Part shown: piece after piece, positions 11,024 to 19,904 of the stretch
Position numbering within the stretch: position 1 is the stretch's first letter
Layout: each line of letters starts with the position of its first letter
DNA from: Anaerolineae bacterium
GTDB taxonomy: Bacteria > Chloroflexota > Anaerolineae > B4-G1 > SLSP01
Assembly (NCBI GenBank): GCA_034432595.1
Contig: DAOUBT010000022.1
Location: 10,600-74,599, forward strand
Direction of reading: 5' to 3'
DNA length: 64,000 bases
Translations under genes and position numbers: made by a program
The notes under the pieces: generated by a model
What the model was told of the DNA's origin: nothing
Seen by the model: the letters and a program-made list of their open reading frames with translations, nothing else
Database searches by the model: none

Positions 11024-11355
11024 AGTTCCTCCAGGCAAGGGTTAAGCCAAAAAAAATGACACGGGCTATAAGCCCCAAGAGCTTTCGCCACGGGCAGGTT
11101 TCGGGATGCACATGCCAGTTACAGATAAGCTCATTGTAGCCTACTCCAGAGCTTTGCCAAATCCAAAACGCATAAACTGCGCCAAACGGCCCTGCCCTGC
11201 GGATAGCGACAACCTGCGCCAATGCCGGTCTGTTGAGAGAAAGCCGCCCCCGCGAAAGCGCAGGCCAGCTTCCGCTTCCGGTTCCCAGCTTTCAGTACCT
11301 GATAGTTGTACTTTGCCCTATCTGTGCTAAACTAAAGGCTCAAACAGGAAAGCCT

Positions 11356-14300
11356 ATGCGCATTAAACCCAATGTGTTCCTACTGTATGCCTTGACCGTC
11401 AGTGTCCTGCTCTACACCGGATGGGTGGGACTGACGATCCTGCGCATGCCCGGCGATCACGCCAGCGTGTATGTCGGGGAACACCTTGTCGTCAAGCAAG
11501 CGCCTGCTGATTCCCCACTGCGCGCCGGGGATGTACTGCTGTCTATCGGCGGCAAGCCGGTGGATAGCGATGTTTTGCGCCCTGATGTGTGGTATAGCTT
11601 CCTCTCCGCCCAACCCACGGAGGTGCCTTACACCATCGAACGCAACGGCGAGAGGATGACGGTGCTCGTGCCATGGACGCCGGTGCGCCCCGCAGATGCG
11701 CTCATCAACTTTGGTGGCTTACTTTTCATCGGCATTGGCGTGCTCCTCACCAACCTGCTCATCCTGCCCTGGCACAGCCACGATCGCGGCGTGCGGCGTC
11801 TCGTGCTCACCTTCGTCATTCTGGCGCTCAATCAGGTCAACAACCTCCTCCCTGCCGCGGGCGCCAACATCCTGCTTAGCTGGATGTGGCTCTTTATGCC
11901 GCTCGACCTTTCCGCCTGGTTTATTGGTCCGATTGGTCTGGAAGCTTTTCTGCGCTTTCCCGAAGAGAAGAACATCCTCAAACGCTATCCGCGCCTGCCG
12001 CTGGTGCTCTATTTAACCACGCCTCTGGCGGCGCTTGTGGGGGCGCTGCTGCGCGGGGATGGGACGCTCTACGGCACGCGCAACGCGATGTTCAACAGCA
12101 CCGATACCGTCAGCATCGTGCTGATGGCGCTCACCATCATCGCGGTAGCTCACACCTACCATACCAGTCGCCGCCCCGGCGTGCGCAATCAGATCCGGTG
12201 GATTTTGTGGGGCCTCACCCTGGCCTTCGTGCCCTGGTTGCTCCTTTATGGCCTGCCCAAGCAATTCCTCGGCACGCCCTTCCTGCCGCTCACCATCACC
12301 AACATCACCGTCACACTCATCCCCATCAGCTTTGCCATCGCCATTTTCCGCTTCCGCTTGATGGAAGTGGATCAGGTCATCAACCGGACCATGGTGTACC
12401 TCCTGCTGATGGGCCTGTCGTTTGGGCTTTACCTGATCTTCTACTCCCTGAGCCGGGAACTTCTCTACCTCGCCACGGGACGCACGCACGAGTTCACCTC
12501 TGGCCTGATCGCCACCACCGTGCTCTTCCTGTTCCTCAACCCGCTGCGAGAATACATCCAGCGCCTGATTGACCGCACTTTCTATCGCGAGCACCTGGAC
12601 TTCGGCAAGTTAGTCCGGGACATGGGACAGGAACTGAGCGTCATGCTGGTGTTTGAGGACGTGCTCGATTTGCTGACGAAGCAGGCTGCGCTGCGCCTTG
12701 GGCTTCAGTTCGCGACCATCCTCACGCCAGACGCTGACGGCCAATTCGTGCCGGTGCGCCCCTCTCCTATCCCGGCGCTGCCCGCCACCTCCCCTCTGCT
12801 TGCGTGGGCGCGCTTCAACAGTCAGCCCCTCATCCTGCACGAAACGCGCCGTGTCCCTCCCTTAGTGCGTGAAGAGGCGCTGAAGTTGCTTGTTCAGGGC
12901 GCGGAAGTGTGTATCCCTCTCCTGCACCGCAACGAGTTACTGGGGCTTTACCTTTTCGGCTCTAAAAGCTCCGGCAACCTGCTCACGCGCGAAGAGCTGA
13001 ACTCCCTGATCCTTCTCAGTCAACAAGCTGCAACCACGTTGCAAAATGCGCGGCTGTATCAGGAACTGGAGACCTACAGCCGCGGCCTTGAGGTACGGGT
13101 CGCCGAACGCACCGCGGAACTGCGCGAGGAGCGCAATCGGCTGGAGACGATTTTGGAGAATCTGGCCGATGGCCTGTTAGTGACGGATCCACAAGGTCGC
13201 ATCAGCCTCCTCAATCCAGCCTTGCAGCGCATGTTCCCCGACAATGCGCTCAAAATCGGCAATCCCTTAGAGGGAAGCCTGCCGCGTTTAGCCGAGCTGG
13301 TGCGCATAACGCTGGCTGCTCCGGAGACACTCCACACCGAGGATTTCAACGTCGAGTTTCGCCCGCACTTAGGTGCACCCGTCCGCCGCGTGTACCGGGC
13401 CACGGCCTGCCCCCTGCTCGACCGCAACGACGAAGCGTCCCTCACCCCGCACGGTGTCATCATCATCGTGCGCGACATCACCCACGAAAGTGAAGTGGAC
13501 CGCATGAAGACGGAGTTCATCTCCACCGTCTCGCACGAGCTGCGGACCCCCCTCACTTCTGTGCTGGGATTTGCCAAGCTTATCATCAAGACCTATCAGC
13601 GCGCCATCGTCCCCGTCCTGCCGGATCAGCCGGAGACCCGCCGCGCCGCGCAACGCATCGAGGAAAACCTGCACATCATCATCAACGAGGGTGAGCGTCT
13701 GACGCGCCTCATCAATGACGTACTCGACATCGCCAAAATGGAAGCGGGCAAAATCGAGTGGCACATGGATCACGTAGCCCTGCACGAAGTGGTCAACAGT
13801 GCCGTTGCCGCCACAAGCAGCCTCGCGGAGGAAAAACAGCTCGCGGTACGGGTGGACGTTCCGCCCACGCTCCCCATCGTCTGGGGTGACCGCGACCGGT
13901 TGATTCAGGTGGTCACTAATTTGCTCTCCAACGCCATCAAATTTACACCGCAAGGCAGCATTGATGTGCACGGCGAACTCGTGACCGATCTGGCGCGCGA
14001 GGCGGCACGCTATCCACACCTGCCAGCCGACCTGCAACGCCCGTCCGCGACTCAGACCACCTGGGTTATCATCAGCGTGCGCGATTCCGGCATCGGCATC
14101 GCCGAAGAGGATTTGGGGCGCATCTTCCAGAAATTCCAGCAGGTGGGCGACGCCACCTATCACATGCGCGGCACGGGATTAGGCTTGACCATCTGCAAAG
14201 AGATTGTGGAATATCACGGCGGGTACATCTGGGTGGATAGTGAACTCGGACGGGGCAGCACCTTCAGCTTTGCTCTACCGGTCAGTTCGGCAGCGCTGGA

Positions 14301-14706
14301 GAAAAAACAAAGCGCCGCCGAAACTGCGGCAAGCGCCGAAGCCAGGCCATGCCGCGTCCTGGTGATTGACGATGAAGAGCACATCCTCACCCTGCTCAAG
14401 CACGAACTGGGCGATGCGGGTTACGAGGTTCTGACCGCCTCCAGTGGTGAGGAAGGCCTGCGTGCCGTCGCACAACATCGTCCGCATGTGGTCATCACCG
14501 ACTTGATGATGCCCGACGTGAGCGGCTATGCTGTTGTACAACGCATAAAAGACGATCCGCTTACCCGCCCCATCCCGGTTGTAGTGCTCTCCGTGCTCGA
14601 AGCATCCCTCCCCGAACGCCCCATCGCCGCGGACGCCTACCTCACCAAGCCCGTGGATATGGAAGCCCTGCTGCGTACCATCGAGCATTTGCTGAAAGAA
14701 GCATAA
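11356..14706 (+). CDS. Hybrid sensor histidine kinase: N-terminal PDZ-like periplasmic domain, multi-TM region, GAF, PAS, HisKA, HATPase_c, C-terminal receiver
   Basis: PDZ-like LRAGDVLLSIGGKPV. H-box TVSHELRTPLTS; N/G boxes LLSNAIKFT / GTGLGLTICKEIV. Receiver VLVIDDEEHI...DLMMPDVSG...K. ATG 11356 with AGGAAA SD. Confidence 0.85.
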   Translation: MRIKPNVFLLYALTVSVLLYTGWVGLTILRMPGDHASVYVGEHLVVKQAPADSPLRAGDVLLSIGGKPVDSDVLRPDVWYSFLSAQPTEVPYTIERNGERMTVLVPWTPVRPADALINFGGLLFIGIGVLLTNLLILPWHSHDRGVRRLVLTFVILALNQVNNLLPAAGANILLSWMWLFMPLDLSAWFIGPIGLEAFLRFPEEKNILKRYPRLPLVLYLTTPLAALVGALLRGDGTLYGTRNAMFNSTDTVSIVLMALTIIAVAHTYHTSRRPGVRNQIRWILWGLTLAFVPWLLLYGLPKQFLGTPFLPLTITNITVTLIPISFAIAIFRFRLMEVDQVINRTMVYLLLMGLSFGLYLIFYSLSRELLYLATGRTHEFTSGLIATTVLFLFLNPLREYIQRLIDRTFYREHLDFGKLVRDMGQELSVMLVFEDVLDLLTKQAALRLGLQFATILTPDADGQFVPVRPSPIPALPATSPLLAWARFNSQPLILHETRRVPPLVREEALKLLVQGAEVCIPLLHRNELLGLYLFGSKSSGNLLTREELNSLILLSQQAATTLQNARLYQELETYSRGLEVRVAERTAELREERNRLETILENLADGLLVTDPQGRISLLNPALQRMFPDNALKIGNPLEGSLPRLAELVRITLAAPETLHTEDFNVEFRPHLGAPVRRVYRATACPLLDRNDEASLTPHGVIIIVRDITHESEVDRMKTEFISTVSHELRTPLTSVLGFAKLIIKTYQRAIVPVLPDQPETRRAAQRIEENLHIIINEGERLTRLINDVLDIAKMEAGKIEWHMDHVALHEVVNSAVAATSSLAEEKQLAVRVDVPPTLPIVWGDRDRLIQVVTNLLSNAIKFTPQGSIDVHGELVTDLAREAARYPHLPADLQRPSATQTTWVIISVRDSGIGIAEEDLGRIFQKFQQVGDATYHMRGTGLGLTICKEIVEYHGGYIWVDSELGRGSTFSFALPVSSAALEKKQSAAETAASAEARPCRVLVIDDEEHILTLLKHELGDAGYEVLTASSGEEGLRAVAQHRPHVVITDLMMPDVSGYAVVQRIKDDPLTRPIPVVVLSVLEASLPERPIAADAYLTKPVDMEALLRTIEHLLKEA

Positions 14707-14871
14707 CGGACCTGAGGCAGGTCGAGACTCTGTCGTCGTCGCAGGTCAAGGCTCTACCATGACCTTTCGGGATACGCACGTAACTTCGCCCGCCCCAACC
14801 CGGATCCATGGCCGTGCAGCCCATAAAGCCGTGTTGATACCGGCATCTCCACCATGAGGAGGTTGTAACCG

Positions 14872-15567
14872 ATGAACTTTACCGAAGCTGAACAGCGTTT
14901 TCGTTGGCTCGAAGAGCAGCGGGCGCGAGGCACTTTGACGCCCGAACAGTACCGCGCTGAGCTGGCCCGTCTGCGCGTGACCGACGCCTGGGGCCGGTTG
15001 TGGATGCTGCAGGAACAAACCGGACAGTGGTTTGTCTTCCATGAGGGTCAGTGGCACGCTTCCCAACCGCCCAGGGAGGCCCCGCCACCGCCGCCCCCAC
15101 CGCCCAACGTGCCCTCCTCCCTACCAGGCCAGCCGATGCCCATGCCGCCTTCATCCCAACCGCACCCGCAGCCCCAGGCTGAGACAGGCGGGGGATGTGG
15201 TAAGTGGCTCCTTTCCCTCATCGCCTGGGCTGTGATCTGGACCATCATCGCAGTGGTGGTCTATTTCATCGCCGACCGGGAACTTATGGCGGTAGCGGGA
15301 GTAGGACTGGCAGCCTGCATCAGCCTGATCCTGGTCATCGCCACGCTCTCCTCACGCTGGCAGGGCGTGATTACGGACATTCGCGTGGCAAGGGAGCGGG
15401 TGAACGATGGCGATGACGATTGGCATTGGGAGAACGTCACCTATGCTTACGTTCGCCTTGGCAACGGCAGGACCAAACGCATGCGTGCCATGCCCCATTG
15501 GACCGTCGGCGATCGCCTTGAAAAGCGACGCGGCGAAAGCCAGATCCGCCATTACCCGCACGGATAG
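14872..15567 (+). CDS. Hypothetical membrane protein with N-terminal SHOCT-like helix, poly-Pro stretch and one TM segment
   Basis: ATG with TGAGGAGG SD. TPEQYRAELARL motif. The same 8-residue poly-Pro stretch as read in this gene's finding. TM helix LSLIAWAVIWTIIAVVVYFI. Confidence 0.5.
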   Translation: MNFTEAEQRFRWLEEQRARGTLTPEQYRAELARLRVTDAWGRLWMLQEQTGQWFVFHEGQWHASQPPREAPPPPPPPPNVPSSLPGQPMPMPPSSQPHPQPQAETGGGCGKWLLSLIAWAVIWTIIAVVVYFIADRELMAVAGVGLAACISLILVIATLSSRWQGVITDIRVARERVNDGDDDWHWENVTYAYVRLGNGRTKRMRAMPHWTVGDRLEKRRGESQIRHYPHG

Positions 15568-15612
15568 AAAGCCGCCCTCCGCACGCGGAGGAAGCGAACG
15601 CACACGCAGGAT

Positions 15613-16272
15613 TTATCCGCCGCCGGATGCCGCCGCATCCAACGGCATGAAGGCGAGCTGATGCACCTCCACCAGCAACGGCTCAACGGCGCCGCGGCTG
15701 AATTCGCGCAGCGCATCCACAAAAGCGGGGTAGTCCTCCACACGGAAGCGCACGGTGAGCGTGACTTGAGCCGCAAAATCGGCTTCCAGCACCTCACCGT
15801 GCAGCTCCTCCACCAGCAGACGCGCGCGCTCATAGAGCGGATAAGGCAGCTCGAACATGGCGGTATGGGTGTAGACCTTCTCGGCGCGCGGCAGCACCTC
15901 AAGCACAGCGCGCACCGCATCGCTGTAAGCGCGCACCAGGCCACCCGTACCCAGCTTCGTTCCGCCAAAATAGCGCGTCACCACCACCACGATATCCCCC
16001 AATCCGCTGCCCTGCAACACCGCCAGCATGGGACGCCCGGCTGTGCCCGCCGGCTCCCCCGCATCGCTACAGTGAGCAATCACTGTGCTGCCATGGCCGA
16101 TAAGGTACGCCGGCACGTGATGTGTGGCGTCGGGGAACTCGGCGCGGATGCGCTGAATGAAGGCGCGCGCCTCCTCCACGCTGAAAGCCGGCGCTGCATC
16201 CGCGATGAAGCGCGAATTGACGACAATGATTTCCGCGCGCGCCGGACGCGCGGGCACGAGCAGGCGCGTCAC
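15613..16272 (-). CDS. IMPACT/YigZ family protein (UPF0029 + DUF1949)
   Basis: IIVVNSRFIADAAP...VVTRYFGGTKLGTGGLVRAY...FELPYPLYE. GTG start at 16272 overlaps the upstream gene's TGA as GTGA. Confidence 0.75.
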   Translation of the reverse strand: MTRLLVPARPARAEIIVVNSRFIADAAPAFSVEEARAFIQRIRAEFPDATHHVPAYLIGHGSTVIAHCSDAGEPAGTAGRPMLAVLQGSGLGDIVVVVTRYFGGTKLGTGGLVRAYSDAVRAVLEVLPRAEKVYTHTAMFELPYPLYERARLLVEELHGEVLEADFAAQVTLTVRFRVEDYPAFVDALREFSRGAVEPLLVEVHQLAFMPLDAAASGGG

Positions 16273-18728
16273 GTCCAGCCCTCCACGCGCACGCGCGCTC
16301 TCCGCCACGCTCCCGGCGCGGAAAAGCGCCGCAAATACCCCACAAGATCGAACTTCGGGCCAATCGTCAGGCGCAGCGCGCCCGTCTCCGGCGCGTACTG
16401 CCCGGCGAACACCGCTTTTTTCTTGAGCGCCGCAGGAGGCAGGTCCAACATCCACCAGCCCCCCTGCCGCCGCACATTGCAGGGGACGTAGGAAGCACGC
16501 AGAAAGTCGCGCAAGACTTCGTGCGCGGCAGGGAAGACTTCCGGCGGGAGATTCAGGCTCAATTCCGCGCGGATAAAGCCCTCCGGCGCGGCGGGGAGCA
16601 CGTCCACCAGGCGCACGCCATCGGCAAGCGTTTCGCCATGGGCGAGCAGCGCCGCGCGCAGGGCATCCCGATCCCAGGCTGTGAGGGCAAAGGGCAGCAC
16701 GCCGTAGAGGGCAGTGAATCGCTCGCGGAAGTCGGCCCGCGTGAACAGGGCCTCCTGCGCCGCCAGCAGGTTGTCCGTCTGCTCCGGCAGAGCGGCGAGC
16801 AGCGCGCGCAGCACAAAGGCGCGCGTCCATTCCGGCGTTGTGCCCGCCACCGTGTCGGGCAGGTCTAAGGTGACGAAGAGCGGCTGCAGGCGCCGGCGCA
16901 TCGTCATCAGGCGCTCCAGCCCGGCCTGCGCGGCAGGAGCGGGTGGCGCCACCGTATGCTGTAAAATCGCCTCCCGTTGTTCGGGGGTGACACAGGCGGC
17001 ACAACCGGAGCACGTCCCACTCAGGCAGTAGCCCTCATCCAGCCCGGCTTTTGCCGCCTCATACTGCCGGTAGAGATAACGCGCGGATACGCCACCGCGC
17101 AGGAACGCGAAAGGAAACGCGTGCTCCGGCCCCTTTTCCTGCCAGAATGCCTCCGTCCACAGGCCCTGCGCCTCCATCCAGGCGCGCAAGGCTGGCCACG
17201 CGCCGGGGGTGAGCGTCAAATCGTAGTGGTGACCTGCGCGCGCCAGGTCTACCAGGCCGGGCGTGAGCCGATAATCGGCCATCGCCAGGACCTGATCGAA
17301 GGCGTACTCATCCCAATCCGCCGCCAGCCGGAATTCAAAGCCGTTGGTCTCGCAGGCCGAGCGCGCCTGCCCGATGAGCGGACGCCAGAATGCCTCATCC
17401 AGGAAGAGACGGTCGTAACGCAGCGGGGTGAAGGGAAGGCGCACCAGCAGGCCGAAGCTGAAAATGACGCGGATGCCCGGATTGGTGCGCTGTCGCAGGG
17501 CCTTGAAAGCGCGCAACCACTCGCGGAACTCGCGGAAATCCTCCTCCGTTTCGTAGCCGGTGAGAATGTAGAAGAGCTTGATTTCGCGGATTTTCTGCCG
17601 CAGCAATTGCGCCAGCACGCTATCCAGCGCCGCAGCGGGCAGGCTTTTGTGCAGGAAGGCGCGCTGCCGCTCGCTGATGCCCTCCACGCCCAGCGTGAAG
17701 CTGCGCTTATCCGCAAGCACCTCATACGCAAGGAGTCCCGGCGTGGTGGCCAGCAGGTCCACCCGCTGACTCTTAAACCCCACGCGCAGGAAAAGACGGT
17801 TCAGTTCCAGCAGTAACGCGGCAATGTCGCGGTGCGTGTTGAAGTTGAAACTATACAGTTCCACCTCCTCGGCACCGGTAGCGCGCTTCAATTCCCGCGC
17901 CGCAGCCAACACATCCTCCAACGGGACCTCGCGATAAGGCTTGCGGTCGTATCCCTCGAAGCAAAAAGAACAGAAAGCCGGGCAGCCATACGTGATTTGC
18001 AGCTTCGCCGTCGTGGCCTCGGCGCTGTTGAGGATGGGATAATGCAGCAACAAATCCTCGCGCCGCGGCGCAGGGCACAGGGCGCGCGTGACGGGGCGCG
18101 TCAGATCGCCGGCGGGCCAGAAGCCCGGCACGGCCTCAGCCGCGCGGCGCAGGCGCTCCGTGGTGGGCAGGCTACGCTCCTCCTGCAGGACGCGCAGCAG
18201 CCGCTCGACGTGACCTTCCCCTTCCCCAAAAAAGATGCCATCCACCAGCGCCGCGCCATCCGCACGGACCAGCGTCTGCGCGGCAGGAGCATTGGAGCCG
18301 CCCAGCAGAATCAGTGGCCCCTCCGTGCGCTCATCCGACCAGAGGGGCAGGTTGCTGCGCTGCAGCAGATAGGGCACATTCAATAATTCCAGGCTATAAG
18401 CGTTGGAGATGAGCACATAATCATAATCGGCAGCCGGACGCCAGGCGTAGATACCGAAAAGAAGCGGCTGCCCGGCCTGAAGCGCCGCCTCACGCTCGGC
18501 GCGGGTCGGGAAAAAAGCGAAATCCACAAAAGCGCGCGGCAATGCGCGCCGCACCGCCTGCGCCAGGAAGAGATGCGGCAAAGAGCGGTCCACATCGCGG
18601 AAAGGCGAAAGGCGCACGATGAGGACGCGCGCTTCCGCCTCCTCCCAGGCCGGATTCCCGCACGTCGGATTCACGCGCGGCAGCATCACATCAGAAATCA
18701 CGGTTGGTGACCAGGTTTGTTCGCTCAT
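16269..18728 (-). CDS. B12-binding-domain radical SAM protein whose ~600-aa rSAM core is fused to a ~230-aa C-terminal extension; function unknown
   Basis: N-terminal cobalamin-binding-like region (DYDYVLISNAYSLELLN). CPAFCSFC (Cx3Cx2C) cluster. The C-terminal extension has no recognised motifs. ATG 18728 chosen as start, since the more upstream 18866 start adds a non-conserved 46 aa. Confidence 0.8.
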   Translation of the reverse strand: MSEQTWSPTVISDVMLPRVNPTCGNPAWEEAEARVLIVRLSPFRDVDRSLPHLFLAQAVRRALPRAFVDFAFFPTRAEREAALQAGQPLLFGIYAWRPAADYDYVLISNAYSLELLNVPYLLQRSNLPLWSDERTEGPLILLGGSNAPAAQTLVRADGAALVDGIFFGEGEGHVERLLRVLQEERSLPTTERLRRAAEAVPGFWPAGDLTRPVTRALCPAPRREDLLLHYPILNSAEATTAKLQITYGCPAFCSFCFEGYDRKPYREVPLEDVLAAARELKRATGAEEVELYSFNFNTHRDIAALLLELNRLFLRVGFKSQRVDLLATTPGLLAYEVLADKRSFTLGVEGISERQRAFLHKSLPAAALDSVLAQLLRQKIREIKLFYILTGYETEEDFREFREWLRAFKALRQRTNPGIRVIFSFGLLVRLPFTPLRYDRLFLDEAFWRPLIGQARSACETNGFEFRLAADWDEYAFDQVLAMADYRLTPGLVDLARAGHHYDLTLTPGAWPALRAWMEAQGLWTEAFWQEKGPEHAFPFAFLRGGVSARYLYRQYEAAKAGLDEGYCLSGTCSGCAACVTPEQREAILQHTVAPPAPAAQAGLERLMTMRRRLQPLFVTLDLPDTVAGTTPEWTRAFVLRALLAALPEQTDNLLAAQEALFTRADFRERFTALYGVLPFALTAWDRDALRAALLAHGETLADGVRLVDVLPAAPEGFIRAELSLNLPPEVFPAAHEVLRDFLRASYVPCNVRRQGGWWMLDLPPAALKKKAVFAGQYAPETGALRLTIGPKFDLVGYLRRFSAPGAWRRARVRVEGWT

Positions 18729-18939
18729 ACGTGCGGGATTGTACCCGAAAACCGTTGAGATGCCAAGGGCCACCTGCGCCTGACCCAACGCCACGCTGCC
18801 TCGCGCCAGCCGCCCTGCCTGCCCACAGGCTATCACAAAAATTGCAGCGCAACGTTGAAGGCGCAATGGGGTTATTACCCTATGGGGGAACCAACGGACG
18901 TCGGCTCTGCAAACGTGATTTCAAACCACAGGAGGGTGT

Positions 18940-19902
18940 ATGAGACTCACACAGTATCTGGTGTCGTTCGTGGTGTTACTCGGCCTGCTCATGCCGGTTG
19001 GCCTCATCAGCGCGGCGCCCGCGCCGCTCGATATGCAGACGGATGCGAATCAGGACGGCGTGCCGGATGCTTTCGCGCAAGCCGTGCAGGCCATCGCCAC
19101 CGCCAAAGATCCGCAAGCCGCCATTCGGGACCTGATGGCACGCATCCCCTATCAGCCGGGCACGCTGAAACTACAACGTCAGGCCGAAACGCTCAACCGC
19201 CGTCTGGCGCGCGCCCGCACGTCGGAAGAGGCGGAGCAAATCCTGGCGCAGTTGCGCACCTTGCGCGCCAAAATGGAAAAGGACCCCAACTACGTCCTGG
19301 CCCTGAGCGCTTTGGAGCGCTACTATCAGCAGGAGGGCTACCTGCCCCGCCCCGCCAGCCGCGTCAGCACGCAGGCCGTCAACTGGGGCGCGCTACAGGC
19401 TGGTGACGTGATGCTCATCCGCTCCGGCAAGCTGCCCTGGATGAGCTTCGTCTACGCCATGTGGTACACCCACACCGGCAACTACCACGGCAACAGCCTG
19501 GTCTACGAATCCAACCCCGATGGCGTGCGTCTGAAGCCGCTCAGCGACTGGCAGCAGAGCGGGCAGTACGTCGCTCTGGCGCGCAACAATCGCAAGACCG
19601 TCAGTCAGGTGCAGAGCGCCCTGAGCTGGGCCGAAAACCGCTACGGCACCGATGGCCGTACCCCCTACAACTACTGGTTCCCCGACAAAACAACCGACAG
19701 CAAACTCTACTGCTCCCAACTCACCTGGAAAATCCACGGCTACCTCGGCGTAGACCTGGATAGCAACGCCTGGCAATATCACCTCTGGCTCTCGCTGATG
19801 TGGGGGCCGTGGGTGATTCCCGCCGTGGCCTATCCTGCCGTCGCGCCGGACGAAGTCGGCTACGATAGCGACATCACCATCTACAGCGAGAGCTGGAACT
19901 AA
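18940..19902 (+). CDS. Secreted hypothetical protein, possibly a YiiX/YaeF-like permuted papain-fold (C92) hydrolase
   Basis: AGGAGGG SD. Signal peptide LLGLLMPVGLISAAPA. His-before-Cys order (YTHTGNYHGN ... KLYCSQLTWKIHG) typical of permuted NlpC/P60 enzymes. Confidence 0.5.
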   Translation: MRLTQYLVSFVVLLGLLMPVGLISAAPAPLDMQTDANQDGVPDAFAQAVQAIATAKDPQAAIRDLMARIPYQPGTLKLQRQAETLNRRLARARTSEEAEQILAQLRTLRAKMEKDPNYVLALSALERYYQQEGYLPRPASRVSTQAVNWGALQAGDVMLIRSGKLPWMSFVYAMWYTHTGNYHGNSLVYESNPDGVRLKPLSDWQQSGQYVALARNNRKTVSQVQSALSWAENRYGTDGRTPYNYWFPDKTTDSKLYCSQLTWKIHGYLGVDLDSNAWQYHLWLSLMWGPWVIPAVAYPAVAPDEVGYDSDITIYSESWN

Positions 19903-19904
19903 CC

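Noticed and set aside
15613-17013. 466-aa ORF as a single gene
   Set aside because: Only the last 219 aa match IMPACT/YigZ. The upstream part overlaps the better-supported rSAM fusion gene in another frame. The start was reassigned to GTG 16272.
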